Source of the DNA: Nitrospinota bacterium
GTDB lineage: Bacteria > UBA8248
Assembly (NCBI GenBank): GCA_046581755.1
Contig: JAYGFR010000213.1
Coordinates: 1 to 61,152, forward strand
Length of the DNA: 61,152 bases
Direction: 5' to 3'
In this document: positions 28,873-38,127 of the stretch, piece by piece
Layout of the letters: every line of letters begins with the position of its first letter
Position numbering within the stretch: the first letter of the stretch is position 1
Notes under the pieces: generated by a model
Database searches by the model: none
Seen by the model: only the letters and a program-made list of their open reading frames with translations
What the model was told of the DNA's origin: nothing
Program-made: the position numbers and the translations under genes

Positions 28873-30663
28873 TCAGCGCTGCGCCGGGGCCCCTCGGATG
28901 CCGAGTTCGCGGAGCTGGATCTGCTCCACCCCCGCGGGGGCGCCCGTCATGAGGCAAATCGCGCGCTGCGTCTTGGGGAAGGCGATGACTTCGCGAATCG
29001 AGGGAGAGCCGGTGAGGAGCATGACGATGCGGTCCAGCCCGAAGGCGATGCCCCCGTGCGGGGGGGTCCCGTATTCGAGCGCCTCCATGAAAAACCCGAA
29101 GCGCCGATCCGCCTCTTCATCGTCCATGCCCAGGGCGGCGAACATCTTCCGCTGGACCTCCTTTTGGTGGATCCGCTGGCTCCCGCCGCCGATCTCCATG
29201 CCGTTGAGCACCATGTCGTAGGCCAACGCCCTGATCTTGCCGGGCTCGCTCTCGAAGAGGGGGATATCCTCGGGAACGGGCGCCGTGAAGGGATGGTGGA
29301 GGGCGAAATGTCTTTTCTCCTCCTCATTCCACTCCAGAAGCGGAAATTCGACCACCCAGCAAAAATCGAATTTTTTTCCGGACTTCTCTGCCAGCCCCAG
29401 CCGCTCGGCGATCTCCTTGCGGATCTGGCCGAGGACGCCCGCACTCACCTCGGGCGCATCCGCCACCATCATAAGCAAATCGCCCACCCGGGCTCCCGCG
29501 CGGGCTCCGATTTCTTCCAGCTGGCCCTCGGCGAAAAACTTCGCGATGTTCGACTCGTACCCGCCCTCGGTCCTCTTGACCCAGGCGAGGCCGCCCGCGC
29601 CCAGCTCTTGCGCCCGAGCGATAATGCCGTCGATCTCTTTCCTTGACGCCGAAGCCATCCCAGGGCCGGCGATCGCCTGGGCCACCCCGCCCTTCTCAAT
29701 GGCTCCCTTGAAAACCTTGAACCCGCTCGCCTCGGCGATATCGGAGATGGTGGCCAGCTCCATCCCGAAGCGCCGGTCGGGACGGTCCGTCCCGTAGCGC
29801 TCGATGGCCTCCGAATAGGGCACCCGCTCAAAAGGCGGGGAAAGATCGATCCCCAGCGTCTCTTTCCAGATGGCCGCCATCAGTCCCTCCATCAGGCCGA
29901 AAAACGAATCCCGGTTCAGGAAAGAGGTTTCGATGTCGATCTGGGTGAACTCCGGCTGCCGGTCGGCCCGAAGGTCCTCGTCGCGGAAGCATTTGATGAT
30001 CTGATAATAGCGGTCGAACCCCGCGACCATCAAAATCTGCTTGAACATCTGCGGGCTCTGCGGAAGGGCGAAGAACGAGCCCCGCTGCACCCGGCTGGGC
30101 ACCAGATAATCGCGCGCGCCCTCGGGCGTGCTCCTCGTCAGGACAGGGGTTTCGATATCGACGAAGCCGTTTTCGGTCAGATAGTTCCGTATCGTCTGTG
30201 TGGCCTGGTGGCGGAGATAAAAATTTTTCTGGAGAGAGGCCCGCCGGAGATCGAGATAGCGGTACTCCAAACGGGTGGTTTCCCCGGCGTCGGAATCGTC
30301 CTCAATCGGAAACGGCGGCGTCTTCGCCTCGCTCAGAACCTCGAGTTCGGTGATCCGGACCTCGATCTCCCCGGATTCCAGATTCGGATTCGCCATCCCC
30401 TCGGGCCGGGCAATCACCTTTCCCCGGAGGGCCAGCACCCACTCCGAGCGCACACGGTTGGCCAGACTGTGGGCCTTCTCGCTGTAGGAGGGATAAGCCA
30501 CCACCTGAGTGATCCCGAATCGATCGCGCAGATCGATGAAGATCAGCCCGCCGTGGTCGCGGCTCGTCCGGGCCCATCCCATCAGCACCACCGCGCTGCC
30601 GATATCGGTCGCCCGGAGCTCACCGCAGGTGTGCGACCGGCCCGCATCCAAAAGACTGCCCAC
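28873..30663 (-). CDS. aspS: Aspartate--tRNA ligase
   Basis: Track ORF 28873-30801 is trimmed to GTG 30663 ((M)GSLLDAGRSHTCGELR...GWARTSRDHGGLIFIDLRDRFG). Class II motifs FRDEDLRADRQPEFTQID and GGIAFGLDR are present. The product is 596 aa. Confidence 0.93.
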   Translation of the reverse strand: MGSLLDAGRSHTCGELRATDIGSAVVLMGWARTSRDHGGLIFIDLRDRFGITQVVAYPSYSEKAHSLANRVRSEWVLALRGKVIARPEGMANPNLESGEIEVRITELEVLSEAKTPPFPIEDDSDAGETTRLEYRYLDLRRASLQKNFYLRHQATQTIRNYLTENGFVDIETPVLTRSTPEGARDYLVPSRVQRGSFFALPQSPQMFKQILMVAGFDRYYQIIKCFRDEDLRADRQPEFTQIDIETSFLNRDSFFGLMEGLMAAIWKETLGIDLSPPFERVPYSEAIERYGTDRPDRRFGMELATISDIAEASGFKVFKGAIEKGGVAQAIAGPGMASASRKEIDGIIARAQELGAGGLAWVKRTEGGYESNIAKFFAEGQLEEIGARAGARVGDLLMMVADAPEVSAGVLGQIRKEIAERLGLAEKSGKKFDFCWVVEFPLLEWNEEEKRHFALHHPFTAPVPEDIPLFESEPGKIRALAYDMVLNGMEIGGGSQRIHQKEVQRKMFAALGMDDEEADRRFGFFMEALEYGTPPHGGIAFGLDRIVMLLTGSPSIREVIAFPKTQRAICLMTGAPAGVEQIQLRELGIRGAPAQR

Positions 30664-30828
30664 GTCTGAATCCCCTTTCCCGGGTGGGCCAAATGCCCGC
30701 CTCCATCGCCGGTGCGCGAGCCTATCACGCGCGAAACCCCCTCTCAAGCCGGAGGGGTTTCCGCCCGGAACCCCAATCGGGCGGACCTCATTTCGCGCCA
30801 TTCATGATAGATTTCCCCCATTCCCGTA

Positions 30829-33026
30829 ATGCGAATCGTTCATGGACCGATCTATTTCACCGGAGAGACGGTGTTTCCGCTCGACTACATCACGCTGGGC
30901 TTCATCGGGGGGCTTCTGGCCGGCGGGATACTGCCCCTGGCCGGCGTCCGGGGCACCCTGGGGGTCGTCCTCGTCCTCTCTTTTCACCAGTGGATGCTGC
31001 CCTCCCACCACCTGATGCGCCACCTCCCGCGCGGGCGTGCCACCCTGGTTGGCCATCTCACCCGGCCCATCGAGCGCCTGAAGAGTTCGGGCCGGGCGCG
31101 GCTCTATATCGACGTCGAGCGGCTCACCATCCGCGGCGTGGAGATTCCCGTCCAGGGCAGCGTCCGGATTTCGCTCTCCTATCCGCCCGCTGAGCCCTAT
31201 GCCGTGGGCGATCGCGTTTTGGTCCGGAGGGTCAGGCTGCGCCGCCCGATTCGCTACCGCAATCCGGGCGCGTTCAATTACCCCGAATTTCTCCGCCTCC
31301 GGAGCATTCACGCGACTGCCCTCGCCTCCCCCCGCGCGCTCGAGCGCATCAAGCCGATGGAGCGATTCGCCTTTCAAAGATGGTTGTTCGGATTCAGGGA
31401 CCGGATGCGCGCCCACCTTCGGGAGGCGTTTCCCGAAAAGACGGCCGGCCTTCTCGAAGCCATCACCCTGGGCATCCGCGAGAATCTGGACGGCGAGGTC
31501 CGCGAATCGTTCCGGCTGGCCGGGGCGAGCCATATTCTGGCGATCAGCGGCCTTCATGTGGGCTTCATCACCTTCTTTTTCTACTTCGTGTTCCTCGCCT
31601 TCTTCCGGCGGCTCCCGCCCGATGTTTTTCCGGGCCGGCCCATCGTCCTCACCCCGATGAAGGCGGCATCGCTCGCCGTCATTCCCATCGTTATCCTGTT
31701 CGCCCTTCTGACCGGGGCGCGGGTTTCCACCATCCGCGCGGCCATCATAGCCGTAGTGTATCTGCTGACCCTGATTCTCGATCGCCCGGGCGGCGCGATG
31801 CACTCCGTCCTTCTGGCCGCGATCATCATCCTGGCCATCGAGCCGGGGTTCGTCTGGGACACGGGGTTTCAGCTTTCCTTCGTCGTCGTGGCGTCGATCA
31901 TCCTTGCGGCCCGCCACCTGCCCCGCCCCACTCGCCGTTCCGGCTGGGGGATGGGAGCTGGTGGCGAGCAAGGCTCCTCCAGTTCGCCGGCATCCAGATG
32001 GTGGTCTCCCTCGCGATGGCCCCGCTGACGGCATTCCACTTCCAGCAAATTCAACTGGCCGGGCTGGTGACAAATTTTATCTTGATCCCGGTCGCATCCT
32101 TCGTAGTTCCCCTCTCCTTCCTCCTGAGCGCCTTCGCCGCGGGCGCCAGCGCCGTGGGGATGGGCTGGTTCGACAAAGTGGTCTCTTTGGCGGAATGCCT
32201 CCCCGGCCTGCTGGCAGCGGGCATGATGGCCGTCACGCGCCTTGCGGCCTCCGTTCCGGCGGGCACGCTGGACGTCCCGAAACCCGGAGCGTTCCCGATT
32301 GCGATGTTTCTCGCCTCCCTGACAGTGGCCCTCGGCGTCCGCAGGGCGGCGATTCGCCAGGCGGGCTGGATGGCGGTGGCCCTGTCCATGGCCATTATCG
32401 TCTGGTCCCTGGCGCTGGCCTCGGCCAAGGTCACCGGCCGGACGACGCCGATTTTTTTCGGACGCCGGAAGAAAAGATGTGTTCTTTATTCGCCTCCCGG
32501 ACGGAAGGGGATTCGCCGTCGATGCGAACCGCCCGGCCCGGGGCGGGTTCGACATTTGGCGGAGGGTCCTGGCCCCGCTCCTGCGAAATCAGGGGGAGCG
32601 GAATTGGGAGGCGCTGATTCTCCTGGCCCGCTCCGGCGGCGGGTCGGCTTTAAAGGAGATGCGGACCGGAATGCGCCTGCGCCGGGTGATGGCGGCGGAC
32701 CCGTCCGGAAATTTCCGCCCGAAATTTCCGGCCACCGGCCGGGCAGGGCCGGTTTCACCGAACCGAACCGGAGCGCGCCCGGCGCCGTTTTATGGCAAAC
32801 CGAATCGCAGGGAGCCCGATTGTCCCTCCACAAACTGACCGGGCGTAATTTCGCCTTTCGGCTCGTCCACGGAAAAGCGCGCTGGCTCATGATCGCGGGA
32901 GGCGGCCAGGGGCTGACGGCGGACGATTTGCCGAAAGGAAAATTCGATCTTGTGAGGCTGCCCGAAGCGATGTTGCGGAACGAGCGGGTGTTGCGTTGCC
33001 TCGAGGAAACCCTCCGTTCGCGGTGA
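30829..33026 (+). pseudogene. comEC: ComEC/Rec2-family DNA internalisation channel, interrupted by three frame changes
   Basis: ComEC similarity runs through four frame segments. The first is 30829 to ~31948 (…LAGASHILAISGLHVGFITFFFY…TGFQLSFVVVASIILAA). The second is ~31948 to ~32455 (…LLQFAGIQMVVSLAMAPLTAFHFQQIQLAGLVTNFILIPVASF…). The third is ~32455 to ~327xx (…FSDAGRKDVFFIRLPDGRGFAVDAN…WEALILLARSGGGS). The fourth runs to 33026 (…FAFRLVHGKARWLMIAGGGQG…FDLVRLPE). Shift 1 maps to a G5 run (31946-31950) and shift 2 to a T7 run (32452-32458). Shift 3 lies between ~32700 and 32800. Confidence 0.75.
32705..32731. repeat. Perfect 11-bp inverted repeat CCGGAAATTTC-N5-GAAATTTCCGG
   Basis: Read directly. 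It has an AT-rich core in a GC-rich context and lies inside the degenerate C-terminal part of comEC. Confidence 0.9.
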
Positions 33027-33315
33027 TATCGTCTCCCGGAAGAGCGGATCGTCTCCCCTACTATGAATGGCGGCGAATCCGGGCGCGCCAGCGGGCGCTC
33101 GGGACCTACCGGCCCTGGTGGGCGGGGATGGTCCGGGTCTCGACCGGCGGAGGGGCGCTCGGCCAGGGAGGCCGCATCTAACGGTACGCGGCCTCGCGCT
33201 CCTGGCCCCAATCTTCCCCCGGACGCTGGGTGCGTTATTATTCGGGTGGCGAAAGAGGGCGTGCCGGATTTTTCCGATCCCGGCGGTCGTCTAAAAAATC
33301 ATCTTGGGAGAGACG

Positions 33316-33873
33316 ATGAATTTCAGCCACCCTGCAACCGTTTACTACTCCCGGCGAACCCTCGTCATATGGACCGTCTCGGCCGCCGCCCTCGTCGCGG
33401 CCACGGCCGGTGCGGTTTTTTTCGTCACCGGGAAAAAACACGCCGGTGAGATCGCCTCTCTCCGGAAAAACGTCCAAGGCCTGGCTCGGGACAGCGCCAA
33501 ACTCCGCGCCGCCAACGAGCGCCTGGCGGACCGGGTGGCCGCCCTCAAGCGCCAGGTCAAAGGAGCGTCTCCGAAACCGAAGGCTCTCCCCCTCCCCGCG
33601 CTCGTAATCGAAGAAAGGCCTTTTCCGGTGGGCGAGGCGGTGGCGGTCCTGCCGGACCGCTTGTTCATTACCGTCTCCCGCGTGGACGGGGACCGCGCGC
33701 GAATCCGAACCGCCGAAATTCTGTCCGGCGGGACAAAAAACACCAGCCGGATTCTCCAGCCGGGCCAGACCTGGAAAATTTCCGCGGGAACGGATTCGTT
33801 CGCCCTGCTCTTTCATTCCCTGAAAGGGGGCGAGGTCCGTCTTTCCATCCGGAGGCTCCGCAAGGCCAAGTAG
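33316..33873 (+). CDS. Hypothetical membrane-anchored coiled-coil protein
   Basis: The ORF is 33304-33873; ATG 33316 is preferred because GGGAG lies upstream. It has a TM helix LVIWTVSAAALVAATAGAVFFV, a heptad-like stretch EIASLRKNVQGLARDSAKLRAANERLADRVAALKRQV, then a beta-rich C-terminus. High GC3 is consistent with coding. I recognise no family. Confidence 0.5.
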   Translation: MNFSHPATVYYSRRTLVIWTVSAAALVAATAGAVFFVTGKKHAGEIASLRKNVQGLARDSAKLRAANERLADRVAALKRQVKGASPKPKALPLPALVIEERPFPVGEAVAVLPDRLFITVSRVDGDRARIRTAEILSGGTKNTSRILQPGQTWKISAGTDSFALLFHSLKGGEVRLSIRRLRKAK

Positions 33874-33961
33874 CGGCCCTAGCGGCGTCCGGGCCCGGCG
33901 AGACGGAGGGCGGCGGGGGCAGAACCGCGCACTTCCGCGAATTTCCTGTAGTGGTCAATTC

Positions 33962-33973
33962 CCCTGAGGGTTG
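33962..33973. repeat. 12-nt direct repeat CCCTGAGGGTTG, copy 1
   Basis: The identical 12-mer recurs at 34116-34127. Both copies lie in the 264-nt spacer between two convergent genes. Confidence 0.85.
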
Positions 33974-34003
33974 TATGTTTAGCGCGCTGGCAAAGGAGAA
34001 GGG

Positions 34004-34040
34004 TCCGCCGGCGGATGGCAGCATCGCTGCGACCGGCGGA
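34004..34040. other. Nested GC-rich hairpin in a convergent spacer
   Basis: The outer arms are TCCGCCGG (34004-34011) and CCGGCGGA (34033-34040). The inner stem is GCAGC-atc-GCTGC (34018-34030). No adjacent U-tract is present. Confidence 0.5.
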
Positions 34041-34115
34041 GGTAAGTTGACGGAGTTTTCGGGAGTTTGCGGGTGATCGAGTGCCCCCTATTATCCTGGA
34101 TGGAGTTCCCCCGCT

Positions 34116-34127
34116 CCCTGAGGGTTG
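34116..34127. repeat. 12-nt direct repeat CCCTGAGGGTTG, copy 2
   Basis: Identical to 33962-33973. Confidence 0.85.
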
Positions 34128-34137
34128 AAGCCCGGGC

Positions 34138-35832
34138 CTAGCGCTTCGCGGATTCTGCCGAGGCGGGGTCGGCGGCGAACGTCTTTACTGAGCGCCGCCA
34201 GCGCGAGGAGAGGGAATCCTTATCGATGGGACAATCGATCACGTGAACGCCGCCCCCGGCCTGCGCCCGGGCGATGGCCCCGGCAAGGTCTTGGTCCGAT
34301 TCGATGCGGTGGCCCGTTGCGCCGAAGGCCGAGGCCAGGGCCGCGAAGTCGGGGCTGTTGATTTCGGTGCCGGTGTAGCGCTCGCCGTAGACGTATTTCT
34401 GGGAGTGGCGCAGGGCGTTGAACTGGCCGTCGTTGAAGACGATGTAGGTGAGGTCGAGCCCGAGGGAGACCGCCGTCGCCAGCTCGCCGCAGGACATGAC
34501 AAAGCTCCCGTCCCCGACGATGGCGCAGACGGGGCGCTCCGGAGCGCCGAGTTTGGCCCCGTAGGCCGCCCCCACGGCGTAGCCCATGGACTGATAGGCT
34601 TCGGATAGGAGAATGCTCCTCGGCCGGTAGATTTCGAAGGCCTGCTCCATGAGCCAGCTCTCGGTGGCCGATGAGTCCGAGATGAAGATGGCATCGGGCG
34701 AAAACCCATCGCGGATGGTTTTTATGACAAAGAGCCCGTCGAAGGGAGGCTGGGCCGGCTTATCCATGTAGGCGCGGAGGCGCTCGGCATAAACCACCTT
34801 CGAGGTGCGGACGCGGAAATGGCCCTCCCCCGGCGGGCGCTCGTCCATCGCCTCGAAGCGCTTGAGGAGACCGGCCAGGGCATCGCGCGCGTTGGCCACG
34901 ATGCCCAGCGATGGCGGGTAGTTTCGCCCGATCCGGGCGGGGTCGATGTCGATCTGGATGAGATTTTCGGGAATGGGGATCTTGAAGTATTGGGTGGCGA
35001 ACTGACCGAAGCCCGTGCCGATCGCAAGGCAGGCGTCTGCCTCCGAGAGCATGTCCTCGCAGCCCTCGAAGGTGGCCACCCCGAAGCTGAGCGGATCGGC
35101 CTCTGAGAGCAGCCCCCGGCCCTTGATCGATGTGACGACCGGGGCGCCGAGCTTGGAGCCCAGAAGCTGAATCTCGCGCCCGCATCCGGCTGCAACGGCC
35201 CCGAACCCCGCGTAGATGACGGGGCGCTTCGCTTCGAGGAGCATTTCGGCCGCACGGTCCAGATCGGCTTCGCTCGCCCGGGGCGCATCCTCCGGCAGGG
35301 GAAATTCCGGCGCGCGGAGCACGCGCTCTTCCTCGGCGCGGAAGAGATTCGTTTTGATCACCACCTGGACGGGGCCGGGCCTGCCCTCGGCCGCCCACCG
35401 GAAGGCGGCGTCCACGGCGGGGGGGATACCGGCCACCGAATCCGGAACGAGGACGGTCTTCACGCAGGTGCGGAGGGCGTTTTCCATATCCACGTCGTGG
35501 ATGGCGCTCCTGTTCCGCATGGCATCGGCCAGTGCCGAGGTGATGGCCACCATGGGAACCGAATCCTCCCAGGCCGATTGAAGCGGGGTGGCGAGGTTGG
35601 TTCCGCCCGGCCCGGGAGCCGTGAAGACCACCCCGATTTTTCCAGAAACCTTGGCGTAGGCGTCGGCGGCGAATCCGGCTCCCTGCTCGTGGCGCGTGAC
35701 GATGGGCTCGATGGGGAAATCGATCAGGGCATCGTAGAGGGGAAGGGTAAGCGTGCCAGGGATGCCGAATATATACTCCGCCTCGTTGTTTCGAAGAGCG
35801 TCAAGCAGCGCCCTTGCACCGGTGCGGGCCAT
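34138..35832 (-). CDS. Thiamine pyrophosphate-dependent enzyme (acetolactate synthase large-subunit-like)
   Basis: The track ORF is trimmed to ATG 35832 (MARTGARALLDALRNNEAEYIFGIPGTLTLPLYDAL), with AAGGAGA 7 nt upstream. The TPP motif is GDGSFVMSCGELATAV...IVFNDGQFNAL. No small regulatory subunit is adjacent. Confidence 0.88.
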   Translation of the reverse strand: MARTGARALLDALRNNEAEYIFGIPGTLTLPLYDALIDFPIEPIVTRHEQGAGFAADAYAKVSGKIGVVFTAPGPGGTNLATPLQSAWEDSVPMVAITSALADAMRNRSAIHDVDMENALRTCVKTVLVPDSVAGIPPAVDAAFRWAAEGRPGPVQVVIKTNLFRAEEERVLRAPEFPLPEDAPRASEADLDRAAEMLLEAKRPVIYAGFGAVAAGCGREIQLLGSKLGAPVVTSIKGRGLLSEADPLSFGVATFEGCEDMLSEADACLAIGTGFGQFATQYFKIPIPENLIQIDIDPARIGRNYPPSLGIVANARDALAGLLKRFEAMDERPPGEGHFRVRTSKVVYAERLRAYMDKPAQPPFDGLFVIKTIRDGFSPDAIFISDSSATESWLMEQAFEIYRPRSILLSEAYQSMGYAVGAAYGAKLGAPERPVCAIVGDGSFVMSCGELATAVSLGLDLTYIVFNDGQFNALRHSQKYVYGERYTGTEINSPDFAALASAFGATGHRIESDQDLAGAIARAQAGGGVHVIDCPIDKDSLSSRWRRSVKTFAADPASAESAKR

Positions 35833-36011
35833 AAATGGTTCTCCTTGCATGGTTGTTCCGGGCCGCGAAAAGCCGCCCAAACCTATGACCCCGCCCTCGG
35901 CCTGTCAACGGTGGACCGGGATTTGCCTCGGCCTCTCCGGATGGATACCCTTCCGGCGTCCGGAGTCGACGTGCAATTCAGCAGCCCTCGAATGCCGGTA
36001 CAGGAGGTTCC

Positions 36012-36761
36012 ATGTTTTCCCGCGAAGCGATCACGGCGCTCCAGGCCGCCCGCTCGGTCGTCGTCCTGACCGGGGCGGGAGTCAGCGCCGAAAGCGGGGT
36101 GCCCACCTTCCGGGGCGCGGGAGGGTTGTGGCGAAACTACCAGGCCACCTCGCTGGCCACCCCGGAGGCCTTCGCGGACGACCCCCAGCTGGTTTGGGAA
36201 TTCTACAACTACCGGCGCGAACTGCTCGCGCCGCTCAAGCCGAACCCGGGTCATTTCGCCATCGCCGCGCTCGAAGAGCGGATCCCTGGCTTTACGCTTG
36301 TCACCCAGAACATCGACAACCTCCACCGCATCGCGGGCTCGAAAAACATCGTCGAGCTCCACGGGAACATCTGGCGGGTGCGGTGCTCGAACCCGGCCTG
36401 TGGAAACGCAAAGGAGCCCCGGGAAAACCGCCAGGTCCCGGTCTCTCCCCTGCCCCCCTTTTGCGGGGACTGCGGCGGACTTTTGCGGCCCCATGTCGTC
36501 TGGTTCGGCGAAATGCTCGATCCGGCCGTGCTGGGCACTTCCATGCGGGCCACCGGCGAGGCCGATTTTTTCATCGTGGCCGGGACCTCGGCGGTCATCC
36601 AACCCGCCGCGGGGATGCCCCTCATGGCCCGCAAGGCGGGAGCGTTCGTTCTCGAAATCAATCCCGAGCCCACCGATCTCAGTGATGCCCTCAACGAATC
36701 CGTCCAGGAGGCCTCCGGGGCGGCCCTGCCGCTACTCGTCGAGGCGGCGTTCGGTGGATAA
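36012..36761 (+). CDS. cobB: NAD-dependent protein deacylase (sirtuin, CobB type)
   Basis: 249 aa: VVLTGAGVSAESGVPTFRGAGGLWRNY...TQNIDNLH...ELHGN. The Zn ribbon is CSNPAC...CGDCGGLLRPHVVWFGE. Confidence 0.9.
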   Translation: MFSREAITALQAARSVVVLTGAGVSAESGVPTFRGAGGLWRNYQATSLATPEAFADDPQLVWEFYNYRRELLAPLKPNPGHFAIAALEERIPGFTLVTQNIDNLHRIAGSKNIVELHGNIWRVRCSNPACGNAKEPRENRQVPVSPLPPFCGDCGGLLRPHVVWFGEMLDPAVLGTSMRATGEADFFIVAGTSAVIQPAAGMPLMARKAGAFVLEINPEPTDLSDALNESVQEASGAALPLLVEAAFGG

Positions 36762-36839
36762 TGGCGCTTGAAAAATCGAACCACAGGGATTAGAGGTTTC
36801 TCACGGCCCGATGATTCACCCTTTCGAGGAGCACTCGGA

Positions 36840-38117
36840 TTGAGCAGGCAAAAGCTCACGGCTGTCCGCGGCGTGCGGGACATCCTTCCCGAAGAGATCC
36901 GCCGCTGGCGAGAAGTCGAACAGACGGCGCGCGATGTTTTCGCGCGCTACGGATACGGAGAAATCCGGATCCCCCTATTCGAGCGGACCGAGCTATTCTC
37001 ACGGGGAATCGGCGGTTCGACCGATATCGTTACAAAGGAGATGTACACCTTCGAGGACAAGGGTGGGGATTCGATCACCCTCCGGCCCGAGGCTACGGCC
37101 TCGATCTGCCGAGCGTATGTCCAGAACAGCCTCTACGCGCAAGCCGGCTTGAGCAAGCTTTTTTGTATCGGGCCGATGTTCCGCTACGAGCGCCCCCAGG
37201 CTGGCCGATACCGCCAGTTTCATCAGATCAACGCCGAGGCACTGGGAACGGACGATCCGGCCCTCGACGCCGAAGTCATCCTCATGCTGATGGATTTTCT
37301 GGGCATGGTCGGGCTGAAAGATCTCTCCATCCAGATCAACAACATCGGCGACGCCGAATGCCGCCCCCGGTACTCGGAGGCACTACGGGCTTATCTCCAA
37401 AAAGAGGCCAGCGGGCTGGGTGCCGAGGTCGACGAGCGCATCGAGCGAAACCCGCTTCGCTTCCTCGACAGCAAGGACCCCGCCCACGCTGAGATTATCG
37501 CCCGTGCGCCCACCATCGATGCGTTCTGGAATGACCGATGCCGCGGCCATCTGGAGGAGCTCTGCGGCCATCTGGACCGGGCCGGGGTCCGGTACGAGAA
37601 AAACCCCTCCCTCGTCCGGGGCCTGGACTATTACTGCCTTACCGTCTTCGAGGTGACGAGCGAGGACCTTGGGGCGCAAAACGCCGTCTGCGGCGGGGGA
37701 AGATACGACGGCCTCGTCGAGGAACTGGGCGGCCCGCCCACGCCCGCTATCGGCTTCGCGGTCGGGCTGGAGCGGCTCCTTCAACTCACGAATATGAAAG
37801 ACTCGCCCCCAGAGGGCGGCAAGTCCCCGATTGAAATATTTATCGTGGCGCTCGGCAAAAGGGCGGAGGCGGAATCGCTTGCACTCGCCTCGGATTTGCG
37901 CGAGGGAGGCCTGCGTACTGACCGTGCCTTCGGCGGCGGGAGTATGAAGAGCCAGATGAAACGCGCCAATCGATCTGGCGCGCGGTACGTTCTAATGGTG
38001 GGAGAGGATGAAATTTCGAAAGGGGTGGTATCGCTCCGCGATATGATCGAAAGCCGTCAGGAGGAAATTTCCCGAGAGGAGATAAAAGCGGATCTGACCT
38101 CCCGGCTTCGCCCCTGA
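36840..38117 (+). CDS. hisS: Histidine--tRNA ligase
   Basis: Track ORF 36768-38117 is trimmed to TTG 36840 ((M)SRQKLTAVRGVRDILPEE), with GAGGAG 8 nt upstream. Motifs MYTFEDKGGDSITLRPEATA and FRYERPQAGRYRQFHQ are present. The product is 425 aa. Confidence 0.9.
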   Translation: MSRQKLTAVRGVRDILPEEIRRWREVEQTARDVFARYGYGEIRIPLFERTELFSRGIGGSTDIVTKEMYTFEDKGGDSITLRPEATASICRAYVQNSLYAQAGLSKLFCIGPMFRYERPQAGRYRQFHQINAEALGTDDPALDAEVILMLMDFLGMVGLKDLSIQINNIGDAECRPRYSEALRAYLQKEASGLGAEVDERIERNPLRFLDSKDPAHAEIIARAPTIDAFWNDRCRGHLEELCGHLDRAGVRYEKNPSLVRGLDYYCLTVFEVTSEDLGAQNAVCGGGRYDGLVEELGGPPTPAIGFAVGLERLLQLTNMKDSPPEGGKSPIEIFIVALGKRAEAESLALASDLREGGLRTDRAFGGGSMKSQMKRANRSGARYVLMVGEDEISKGVVSLRDMIESRQEEISREEIKADLTSRLRP

Positions 38118-38127
38118 TGGGAGCCGC

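Noticed and set aside
32708-32733. The 13-nt near-tandem repeat might be the insertion that causes the third comEC frameshift.
   Set aside because: Removing one 13-nt unit moves translation into the third frame, which hits a stop (…QTDRA*). It does not reach the frame that carries the ComEC C-terminal similarity.
36012-36761. The SIR2-domain protein might be an anti-phage NADase (Thoeris or DSR-like).
   Set aside because: It is a compact 249-aa CobB-type sirtuin with a Zn ribbon and GAGxS/TQNID/HG motifs. It has no partner genes (no ThsB/TIR, HerA or helicase) and sits next to hisS.
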